Source: Acholeplasma sp.
GTDB taxonomy: Bacteria > Bacillota_I > Bacilli_A > Acholeplasmatales > Acholeplasmataceae
Direction of reading: 5' to 3'
Assembly: GCA_012838065.1 (NCBI GenBank)
Contig: DUPY01000025.1
Coordinates: 21,785 to 85,784, forward strand
DNA length: 64,000 bases
Position 1 is the stretch's first letter. Each line of letters starts with the position of its first letter. Below the pieces are notes generated by a model. It made no database searches. It saw only the letters and a program-made list of their open reading frames with translations, and was not told where the DNA came from. This document shows, piece after piece, positions 8,205-16,004 of the stretch. The position numbers and the translations under genes were made by a program.

Positions 8205-9155
8205 CTATACCTTTTCTAAATCAATACCTGATTCTTTTTTAGAGTTAATCGCTTGTACAATTGGTGTTGCAATCAACGCTGCAACTAGTGCTTCTATTAA
8301 GCCATTGGACATTGCAATCGCAAAGACAATAGCAATAACCGTTTGGCTGTTTCCAAAGGTTTCAACAAATGCACTTGGGCTAAATAATGCAACAGCAGCA
8401 AGCACTAAAATTGTATGAGCAATCGTTGATAATACAACAGCACTCGGTATTTGAAAATGACTTCCTGGTTTATTAATAAATGCAAAATATAAAACAAGAA
8501 ACCCTACCGACAGCAATAATGAAAGTGCGGCAACGTTTTGTTGATATTTAGGCGTTCTTGCAACTGCTTTATCGTAAGCTGCGTCAATTTCTAACTCAAT
8601 TTCATCAAGTCTTGCATTATAATTATCTATTTGCTCTTGCGTTAAATTTGTCTTTGTTAATTTATTTTGAATGGTTGCTTGTTCGCCAAGTAATGATGTA
8701 TATGGACTCATACCTACGTTTGTTGCGATTGCTCTAAAACCATAGAATAATGCAAACACGGTAACGAGAGAGACAATACCAAAAATTAGTAATCTACCTT
8801 GCTTTAATGTTGCAAGTTTACCAAATAAAACAATAATATAGTATGCAGCAATACCAAAACCTAATCTTGGCAAAATTGAAACCCATGGATATTGAAACGC
8901 AAAGTCAAACGCACTTGCTGCATAAATAAACGATGCAATCATTGAGCCAATACCAAAAGTAATACCGAAGATAATCGCACTTCTTAATTTTCTTAAAATG
9001 AAAATACCAACCAACACCGGTATATGGACAATTGTTAGACTCACACCCGGTAAAATCGTTACAAATCCGATCTGTGGAATTAATGCAAGCATTAAAATAA
9101 TACCGACAATCGCAGATGTTAACGTTAATTCAAAAACATTCATTTTTTTATTCAT
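8205..9155 (-). CDS. ECF-transporter S-component-like membrane protein (enlarged), possible pantothenate-specific component by context
   Basis: The N-terminal part (FELTLTSAIVGIILMLALIPQIGFVTILPGVSLTIVHIPVLVGIFIL) resembles ECF_trnsprt-type S components. I place the start at ATG 9155 (MNKKMNVF), preceded by AAAGGAG. The ATG at 9179 lacks an RBS. The gene lies 9 nt upstream of coaX. Confidence 0.6.
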   Translation of the reverse strand: MNKKMNVFELTLTSAIVGIILMLALIPQIGFVTILPGVSLTIVHIPVLVGIFILRKLRSAIIFGITFGIGSMIASFIYAASAFDFAFQYPWVSILPRLGFGIAAYYIIVLFGKLATLKQGRLLIFGIVSLVTVFALFYGFRAIATNVGMSPYTSLLGEQATIQNKLTKTNLTQEQIDNYNARLDEIELEIDAAYDKAVARTPKYQQNVAALSLLLSVGFLVLYFAFINKPGSHFQIPSAVVLSTIAHTILVLAAVALFSPSAFVETFGNSQTVIAIVFAIAMSNGLIEALVAALIATPIVQAINSKKESGIDLEKV

Positions 9156-9207
9156 TTTTGTTCTCCTTTTCAGGCCCATTTATGGGTCCCATAAGTTTTA
9201 TGCCCCT

Positions 9208-9236
9208 ATTATTGCACATGAGGCTGTTTTTGTAAA
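9208..9236 (-). promoter_or_regulatory. Sigma-A-type promoter for the S-component/coaX unit
   Basis: Minus strand: TTTACA-17 nt-AATAAT with a TGc extended -10, about 50 nt upstream of ATG 9155. Confidence 0.4.
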
Positions 9237-9250
9237 GTTAATTGTCCTAT

Positions 9251-10306
9251 CTAAAAGTTTGTTTTTCTAATTTTTGTAATGACATCGCTATTTAAGCTTA
9301 AAAGTAATTTAAACAGCATTTTTTTCGCTTCTTTTAAGTCATTAATATCCATCATTGCAGCTGTTGAGTGAATGTATCGCGCTGGTAATCCGATTGTTGT
9401 AGCAAGTATACCTTCATTCATATCAAGTGCTTTTGCAGCATCCGTGCCACCTTTAGATACGAAATATTGATACTTAATTTTATTTTTGTCAGCTAGTTCA
9501 ACAAAATATTCCATTAGACCTTTATGCATTTTATTACGCGGATCTAACATACGTAATAAAAATCCACCACCTAAACTTGCCATATTATCTTTATCAAGTT
9601 CATTTACAGGAGATGCATCAAGTGCAATAAACACATCAGGCTTAAATAAATTTACGGACGTTTCTGCACCTCTTAGACCAACTTCTTCTTGAACGGTCGC
9701 ACCAACAACTAAATCAAATGGTAGATCAATATCATGAAATTTTTCAATTGCCTCGAGTGCTAATCCACAACCATAACGATTATCAATTGCTTTAGCAATT
9801 ACTCTTTTTTTATTCATTGAATAGTGAAATTGGTTTTTAAATAAAACCATATTTCCCAATTCAACACCAAAACTTTGCGCTTCTTCTTTAGAAGTAGCGC
9901 CAATGTCTAATATAAGGTCGCTAATATTAGTTGTTTGTGACTGTTTTAAATGTGGTGGAAGTGCACCAATTACACCTGGAACAATACCATTTTTTGTGTA
10001 TACGTACATAACTTGCGAGATAAATACTTCCCCATTTAAGCCACCAATTGCCTCAACTTTTATATGACCTTGTTTGGTAATTTCAGTAACCATTAATCCA
10101 ACTTCATCCATATGTCCAGCAACCATGACGGTCATTGGTTTTTCAACGCGAGAACGTTTAACAGCGAAAATGGAACCTAAATTATCTTGAATAATTTCAT
10201 AGTTCGGATATTTTTCCATAAAGTTGCGCATATATTTTCTTACTAAATGTTCATTACCACTTATTCCTGGTAATTCAAATAAATCTCTATAAATTTTATT
10301 AATCAT
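9251..10306 (-). CDS. M42 family metallo-aminopeptidase (glutamyl aminopeptidase/endoglucanase-like)
   Basis: VMVAGHMDEVGLMV, ATVQEEVGLRGA and IGLPARYIHS motifs typical of the M42 (PepA/FrvX/YsdC) family. Confidence 0.85.
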   Translation of the reverse strand: MINKIYRDLFELPGISGNEHLVRKYMRNFMEKYPNYEIIQDNLGSIFAVKRSRVEKPMTVMVAGHMDEVGLMVTEITKQGHIKVEAIGGLNGEVFISQVMYVYTKNGIVPGVIGALPPHLKQSQTTNISDLILDIGATSKEEAQSFGVELGNMVLFKNQFHYSMNKKRVIAKAIDNRYGCGLALEAIEKFHDIDLPFDLVVGATVQEEVGLRGAETSVNLFKPDVFIALDASPVNELDKDNMASLGGGFLLRMLDPRNKMHKGLMEYFVELADKNKIKYQYFVSKGGTDAAKALDMNEGILATTIGLPARYIHSTAAMMDINDLKEAKKMLFKLLLSLNSDVITKIRKTNF

Positions 10307-10898
10307 TATTAACCTCCGCGATCACTTGATATATTGGACCAAATTTGCGTTTCTTTTCTTCATATTCGGTCATATAGTTTGATTCTTTTAAATTACGATC
10401 GATGTTCATTTTTTTAAAGAATGGCTCTAAGTATTCTAAACTATCATTAAAAAAATCAAGATGATCTGTTCTAAATTGTAAAAGACCATCATTTTTTAAC
10501 ATTGCTAAATAATTTTTAATAAAACGAGGGTATGTTAATCTTCGTTTATGATGACGTGCCTTTGGCCAAGGATCTGAAAAATTTAAATAAATACGATCAA
10601 CCGCATGTCTTGGGAATTCTTCAAACAATGTTTCTATATTTGCCAAAATTATAATTAAATTGTCTAAGTGCATGTTTATTTTCTTTTCTAAGATTCTATA
10701 GCAAACACTCATATTCATTTCGACAGCGATAAATTGAATATTGGGATTATCTTTAGCAAGTGTGCAAATAAATTGTCCCTTACCACTACCAATTTCCATA
10801 TGTATCGGTTTATCTAAGTTTATTTTAGGTACATGTTCATAAACACCTTGTTCAAATAACATTTCCCTAGATACAAATTTAAGTTTCTTTTGTCTCAT
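10299..10898 (-). CDS. trmB: tRNA (guanine46-N7)-methyltransferase
   Basis: HMEIGSGKGQFI SAM-binding motif and NFSDPWPKARHHKRRL. I place the start at ATG 10898 (MRQKK...), 6 nt after AGGAG. The upstream ATG at 10928 has no RBS. Confidence 0.9.
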   Translation of the reverse strand: MRQKKLKFVSREMLFEQGVYEHVPKINLDKPIHMEIGSGKGQFICTLAKDNPNIQFIAVEMNMSVCYRILEKKINMHLDNLIIILANIETLFEEFPRHAVDRIYLNFSDPWPKARHHKRRLTYPRFIKNYLAMLKNDGLLQFRTDHLDFFNDSLEYLEPFFKKMNIDRNLKESNYMTEYEEKKRKFGPIYQVIAEVNND

Positions 10899-11754
10899 CT
10901 TTTTCTCCTGACATTTTGTAAGCGACAACTAGTCCTAAAACTAAAAGAATTGCCCCAATGGCATATTGATGCCAAGGTATGTGCAATAAGTTAATACCTT
11001 CATCAACACTTAGTGTATGTAAGATATTGATTGGTGACATAAAAACAATACCAAGTATCGCAAAGTAAAAAAATGTTTTATAACTTTTTAATAAATATGC
11101 AATTGCTTTTGCAGATAATAAAATCACGACAACTAATCCAATTGCCATAACAAGTAGCAACCATGCATTGGGAAATATATTTGCAAAATCAAAACTTACT
11201 ACTGCTTTCATTGTTAGACTAATTTTATCAACAATTGTTGCATATACTCCGATAGCCATAAGTAACATTGTCCCACTTAATCCTGGAATAATAAACGATA
11301 ATGCCATTAAACCTCCGGCAATAAACATCATGACATAGTTTCCTGATATGATTTGTGTTGAAGGCTTAATAAATAAAAAACCAACCATTATAACTACTGT
11401 TACTGCTGCAGTAATATAATGTTTTACTGTAATATCATCACTTTTGACCTCACGAATAAGCGATGGTATACTCCCCAATATTAAACCAATGAATAATAGC
11501 GTAGCAAGCAAAGGCACGCGATCTAAAACAGTTTTAATAAGTAGAAAACCTACGAAGATTCCCAGTGCTATGCCTATCAAATATTGCCAAATACTAATAA
11601 CAGCTTTTATGGGTTCTTTTGTAAACCGATTTAAAGCGTTAATCAAGTCTTTGTAAATATCAAAAGCGGCAGCTATCATGCCGCCACTAACTCCTGGTAA
11701 AATACTACCTAAACCAATTAAAGAGCCTTTTAAAATCTTTAATATATTACTCAT
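10879..11754 (-). CDS. DUF368-family membrane protein (PopT-type undecaprenyl-phosphate translocase family)
   Basis: Duplicated P-G-[VL]-S-G-[GT] motifs (ILPGVSGGMIAAAF and IIPGLSGTMLLMAIG) in a protein of about 8 TM helices. 8-nt overlap with the ptsH stop. Confidence 0.8.
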   Translation of the reverse strand: MSNILKILKGSLIGLGSILPGVSGGMIAAAFDIYKDLINALNRFTKEPIKAVISIWQYLIGIALGIFVGFLLIKTVLDRVPLLATLLFIGLILGSIPSLIREVKSDDITVKHYITAAVTVVIMVGFLFIKPSTQIISGNYVMMFIAGGLMALSFIIPGLSGTMLLMAIGVYATIVDKISLTMKAVVSFDFANIFPNAWLLLVMAIGLVVVILLSAKAIAYLLKSYKTFFYFAILGIVFMSPINILHTLSVDEGINLLHIPWHQYAIGAILLVLGLVVAYKMSGEKDETKET

Positions 11755-12022
11755 GGACGATGCCTATTCCTTCGTTTAATAAAAAGTCTTCAATCTTTTT
11801 AAGATCTATTTCTTTACTATCACCAGTAACTTCAACTTTAATGATTTGACCTTTGTAAATACCAAGTGACATTAAACCCATAATCGATTTTAAATTTATG
11901 GTGCGATCGTTAGAAGTTAAATCAATTTCAGACTCTAAACTCATTGCTAAGTTAACAAGTTTTGTAGCTGGTCTTGCATGTATACCAAGTTCAGAAGTAA
12001 TTAAAAAAGTTTTTGAAATCAC
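11747..12022 (-). CDS. ptsH: Phosphocarrier protein HPr
   Basis: G-I-H15-A-R-P-A active-site motif with His at residue 15, and K-S46-I-M-G regulatory serine at residue 46. GTG start preceded by AAGGAGGG. GTGA overlap with the upstream ORF. Confidence 0.85.
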   Translation of the reverse strand: MISKTFLITSELGIHARPATKLVNLAMSLESEIDLTSNDRTINLKSIMGLMSLGIYKGQIIKVEVTGDSKEIDLKKIEDFLLNEGIGIVHE

Positions 12023-12387
12023 TTTAACCCTCCTTTATTATTTTTTAGAAAATTAAAAATTTCCTCTGCATTTTCTTTTACTAATAATTTTAATTCATTA
12101 TCGGTTAATACGGCCGGTATTTCTAATTCTTTTAAAATATTTGTTTTGACGCTTTTGATATCTTTAACCTTAACTTTTAATCGTTTATGTTCGATAGAAA
12201 CGTCAAGGATGTTTTCTCGTCTTCCTAGGGCATCAAATAATGCCTCATACGTTGACACAAGCGCTACTTGTTTATTTTTATTTTTCTGTTTCTTTGATAA
12301 TTTTATCGTAAAGAAAACAATAAGAACTAAAACGACAATACCGATCGCGATAAACCCGTAATCCATAGGTTTCAACAACAATTGCAT
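12019..12387 (-). CDS. Membrane-anchored PTS EIIB(Glc-family)-like domain protein lacking the phospho-cysteine
   Basis: One N-terminal TM helix and a K/N-rich linker, then ALGRRENILDVSIEHKRLKVKVKD. This aligns residue-for-residue with the EIIB consensus GGKENIxxxxxCxTRLRVxVxD, but with Glu66 at the Cys position. Confidence 0.55.
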   Translation of the reverse strand: MQLLLKPMDYGFIAIGIVVLVLIVFFTIKLSKKQKNKNKQVALVSTYEALFDALGRRENILDVSIEHKRLKVKVKDIKSVKTNILKELEIPAVLTDNELKLLVKENAEEIFNFLKNNKGGLK

Positions 12388-12434
12388 ACTCTCACTGCCT
12401 TTCCATGAACATTATATAATATAATATTATATTT

Positions 12435-12463
12435 TTGTATGTTTTTGTGTTTTATTGTATAAT
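12435..12463 (+). promoter_or_regulatory. Promoter for uppP
   Basis: TTGTAT-17 nt-TATAAT, followed by AGGTGA (12471-12476) and ATG 12481. Confidence 0.4.
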
Positions 12464-12480
12464 TGTGTTTAGGTGATGAC

Positions 12481-13326
12481 ATGATAGATATAATTAAATT
12501 TTTAGTTTTAGGTATTATCCAAGGTATTACGGAAGTATTTCCAGTTTCCAGTAGTGGTCACTTGGCGATTTTTGTACTTCTTAGTAATGAACTGCATATT
12601 GGCTCGCCTATTGATATTGATAATATCGAAATATTTTTAATGATTACAAATTTTGGATCATTAATTGCGATGATCATATTTTTTTGGAACGATCTTATAA
12701 GTCTATTAAAATCTGCTATAAGTTTTATTTTCAAACATAAAGAATCCAAAGAAAATACGGTTATTATGGATGATATGCGCTATATATTAAAACTATTAAT
12801 AGCTGTCATTCCTTTAGGTATAGCAGGCTTAATATTTGCTGATTATTTAGATAAATTCTCATCCTTATTGTTTGTGGGCATTTCATTACTTATCACAGGC
12901 ATAATGCTTTATACGGTGTATCATTTACGTAACAAAAATTACACAAATGAAATTACATACAAACGTTCATTCATTATATCCATTTTTCAAATGTTTGCCA
13001 TCTTCCCTGGTATATCACGTAGCGGTATAACAATGATTGGCGGTCTAAGTCAAAAAATCGAATTAAAAAAAGTACTGAAATTTTCTTTCCTAGCCTATAT
13101 AGCTATTTCTATTCCTGTGTCTGTTAAAGGCATACTTGATGCACTTGATGTAAGTGAATCTATCAATGTTATTGGTTATTTCATGGCATTTTTGACAAGT
13201 TTTATTTTCACATTCTTAACGGTTAAAGTTTTGTATAAATACGTTAAAGTCAATAATTTAGTTTACTTTGCCATTTACTGTATTCTAATCGGATTGCTTT
13301 CTATTATTTTATATCAAGTTTTCTAG
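12481..13326 (+). CDS. uppP: Undecaprenyl-diphosphate phosphatase
   Basis: GIIQGITEVFPVSSSGHL and PGISRSGITMIGG BacA/UppP signature motifs. I place the start at ATG 12481 after AGGTGA-tgac. The TTG at 12463 lies inside the -10 box. Confidence 0.9.
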   Translation: MIDIIKFLVLGIIQGITEVFPVSSSGHLAIFVLLSNELHIGSPIDIDNIEIFLMITNFGSLIAMIIFFWNDLISLLKSAISFIFKHKESKENTVIMDDMRYILKLLIAVIPLGIAGLIFADYLDKFSSLLFVGISLLITGIMLYTVYHLRNKNYTNEITYKRSFIISIFQMFAIFPGISRSGITMIGGLSQKIELKKVLKFSFLAYIAISIPVSVKGILDALDVSESINVIGYFMAFLTSFIFTFLTVKVLYKYVKVNNLVYFAIYCILIGLLSIILYQVF

Positions 13327-14338
13327 TTAAATACATAGCATCTCCAAATGAAAAGAATCGATATCTATGTAAAATAGCCTCATTGTAGGCTTTTTTTATT
13401 ATTTTTGTTGAAGAAAATGCTGAAACCAACATAACTAGTGTTGATTTTGGTAAGTGAAAATTTGTAATAAGTTCATTAACAGCTTTAAACTTATAGCCAG
13501 GATAAATAAAAATACTCGTATTGAATATTCCCGATTTAAATCCGTTATTGTAGTTGCTTTCGAGTGCACGTAAGGATGTTGTTCCTACAGCAACAATATT
13601 TTTACCGTCTTTAATTGCTTTATTTAATTTTTCTGCATTTTCATCCGTAATCATATAGGTTTCTTCATGCATTTTATGTTCACTAATCTTTTCTACACTT
13701 ACCGGTTTAAATGTTCCAAGTCCAACATGAAGTGTTATTGGGACAATATCAACACCCTTTCGATCTAATCGTTCCATAAGTTCTTTCGTAAAATGAAGCC
13801 CTGCTGTTGGAGCTGCAGCACTACCGGCGTTTTTTGCATAGACTGTTTGATAACGCGATTGTTCTTCTAAACGTTCATGAATATATGGTGGTAACGGCAT
13901 CGTTCCTAAATGTTCTAATACTTCTAAGAACACTCCTTCATATGACATTCTAAAATGGTGTGTACCATCTTCTTTTTTTAGTATACACTCTGCGACAAGC
14001 GTATTACCAAAAATAACTTTTGAACCGATTTTAATACGTTTTGCAGGCTTAACTAAGGTTTCCCAAACGTTTGGTTCAATTTCTTTTAACAATAAAAGTT
14101 CAATAACTGCTTTTGTATCGATTTTTGAACCGATTAAACGTGCAGGAATAACTTTAGTTTCGTTAATAACAAGCACGTCATTTTCCGTTAAAAAATCCAC
14201 AATATCATAAAAATGACGATGATGAATATCACCGTTATTTTTATTAACAACTAACATTCTAGAGTGGTCTCTTTTTTCAATTGGATGTTGAGCTATAAGC
14301 GCTTCGGGTAAATTAAAATCAAAATCTTTTGTTTCCAT
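13304..14338 (-). CDS. queA: S-adenosylmethionine:tRNA ribosyltransferase-isomerase
   Basis: DFDFNLPEALIAQHPIEKRDHSRMLV N-terminus, AAPTAGLHFT, VGTTSLRALES. Sits in the ruvAB-queA synteny block. Confidence 0.92.
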   Translation of the reverse strand: METKDFDFNLPEALIAQHPIEKRDHSRMLVVNKNNGDIHHRHFYDIVDFLTENDVLVINETKVIPARLIGSKIDTKAVIELLLLKEIEPNVWETLVKPAKRIKIGSKVIFGNTLVAECILKKEDGTHHFRMSYEGVFLEVLEHLGTMPLPPYIHERLEEQSRYQTVYAKNAGSAAAPTAGLHFTKELMERLDRKGVDIVPITLHVGLGTFKPVSVEKISEHKMHEETYMITDENAEKLNKAIKDGKNIVAVGTTSLRALESNYNNGFKSGIFNTSIFIYPGYKFKAVNELITNFHLPKSTLVMLVSAFSSTKIIKKAYNEAILHRYRFFSFGDAMYLTRKLDIK

Positions 14339-15345
14339 TAATCAAGTAGTCCTTTATAATATTTAATGCCTAAGACCTTATAGCTAAGTTCATTAGCTAC
14401 ACGGCCACGAGCAGTTCTTTTTATATAGCCTTCTTTAATCAAATAAGGCTCATATACATCTTCTACCGTTGTTACTTCTTCACCGATACTTGTCGCTATT
14501 GTTTCGAGACCGACAGGTCCGCCATCGAATTTTTTAACTAATGTTGTTAAATAACGATAGTCGGTTTCATCAAGACCATTATCATCAATACCTAATTTTT
14601 TAAGTGCTAAATCACAAATATCTTTTGTAACTATGCCATCACCAATAATTTCAGCAAAGTCACGAACCCGCCTAAATAAGCGGTTCGCAATTCTTGGTGT
14701 ACCTCGACTACGTCTAGCAAGTGATAAAACGGCATCTTCTTCAATCGGGTTTTGATATACCTTTGATGTTCTACGAATAATATCACTTAGTTCTTCTGTC
14801 GTGTAATATGAAAGTCTAAATACAACACCAAAACGATCGCGTAAAGGTGCAGAAACATCACCAAAACGGGTGGTCGCTCCTACCAATGTAAATGGAGGTA
14901 AATCAATACGAATTGAGCGCGTTTGTTCATCTTTACCAATAACAATATCTAGGACATAATCTTCCATTGCTGCATATAATACTTCTTCGATATAGCGAGG
15001 CAATCTATGAATCTCATCAACAAAAAGGACATCACCTGGATTTAGCGAACTTAAAATAGCAGCTAAGTCACCACTACGTTCAATGGCTGCACCACTTGTA
15101 ACTTTAAGTTGGCCACCAAGTTCGTTTGCTACAATTTGTGCTAAGGTCGTTTTACCTAATCCTGGAGGACCGTAAAGTAAGATATGATCTAAGGATTCGT
15201 CTCGCTTTAAGGCTGCTTTAATGTAGACATCCAGCATCTCTTTAATATCGTCTTGTCCAATATAATTTTTAAGTTGCTGTGGACGTAAAGTTTGGTCCTC
15301 ATCTTCTTTTAATGACATTTCAGTAATGATTCGTTCGTTTTTCAT
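14338..15345 (-). CDS. ruvB: Holliday junction branch migration ATPase RuvB
   Basis: [14 protein letters not shown] Walker [11 protein letters not shown] Walker B, and [15 protein letters not shown] sensor region. Confidence 0.95.
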   Translation of the reverse strand: MKNERIITEMSLKEDEDQTLRPQQLKNYIGQDDIKEMLDVYIKAALKRDESLDHILLYGPPGLGKTTLAQIVANELGGQLKVTSGAAIERSGDLAAILSSLNPGDVLFVDEIHRLPRYIEEVLYAAMEDYVLDIVIGKDEQTRSIRIDLPPFTLVGATTRFGDVSAPLRDRFGVVFRLSYYTTEELSDIIRRTSKVYQNPIEEDAVLSLARRSRGTPRIANRLFRRVRDFAEIIGDGIVTKDICDLALKKLGIDDNGLDETDYRYLTTLVKKFDGGPVGLETIATSIGEEVTTVEDVYEPYLIKEGYIKRTARGRVANELSYKVLGIKYYKGLLD

Positions 15346-15352
15346 AAGACAC

Positions 15353-15910
15353 CTACTTGCTTAATAACTTTAGTGCTTGCTTGATGATGGTTTCCACTGG
15401 AAGACTTTCATCAATTTTTTTCAATACTTTACCAATTTCTTTTTTATTATAACCGAGTGCTTGCAATGCAAGTTCAGCGTCGGTCATTGTTTTAGATATT
15501 GGAATTAGTTGTGGATCTTCAACAAGCTTACCTTTCAAGTCTAAAATAATTTGTTGTGCACTCTTTGTTCCAATGCCAGGAAACTTCGTTAATTGTTTAA
15601 CATTTCCTTCTTCAATTGCTAAAATTACATCATTTATCGAATCGGTAGCTAAAATACTTAGCGCACTCTTTGGTCCAATACCAGAAACGCCGATTAGACG
15701 AATAAATAAATCTTTTGCTTCTTCAGAAAGAAAACCATATAAATTGTTAATATCTTCTCTTACATAGTGATAAGTATATACTTTATACTCTTGGTTGATT
15801 TTATATTGATATGGGTTAGGTACAATGATTAAATAACCAATATTATTGTTATTTAAGACAATATAACCTGGTTTAATATCACTGACAGTTCCGTTAATAA
15901 ATGCGTACAT
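15353..15910 (-). CDS. ruvA: Holliday junction DNA helicase subunit RuvA
   Basis: MYAFINGTV... OB-fold N-terminus and two HhH motifs ([25 protein letters not shown]). Lies immediately upstream of ruvB. Confidence 0.9.
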   Translation of the reverse strand: MYAFINGTVSDIKPGYIVLNNNNIGYLIIVPNPYQYKINQEYKVYTYHYVREDINNLYGFLSEEAKDLFIRLIGVSGIGPKSALSILATDSINDVILAIEEGNVKQLTKFPGIGTKSAQQIILDLKGKLVEDPQLIPISKTMTDAELALQALGYNKKEIGKVLKKIDESLPVETIIKQALKLLSK

Positions 15911-15960
15911 GTAAAATCCTCCTAATCATTTGTATATTATATCATATTTTATGCTCTATA

Positions 15961-15989
15961 TTCTATCCAATGCTGTTTTATGATATAAT
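15961..15989 (+). promoter_or_regulatory. Extended -10 promoter (TGATATAAT) for the coiled-coil gene
   Basis: TGaTATAAT at 15981-15989 with a weak -35, followed by AGGTGA-ttac-ATG(16005). Confidence 0.45.
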
Positions 15990-16004
15990 AATTTAGGTGA
16001 TTAC

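Noticed and set aside
12019-12387. Annotating the 122-aa ORF as a functional PTS EIIB subunit
   Set aside because: Glu replaces the phosphorylatable Cys, and no EIIC or EIIA partner is encoded nearby.
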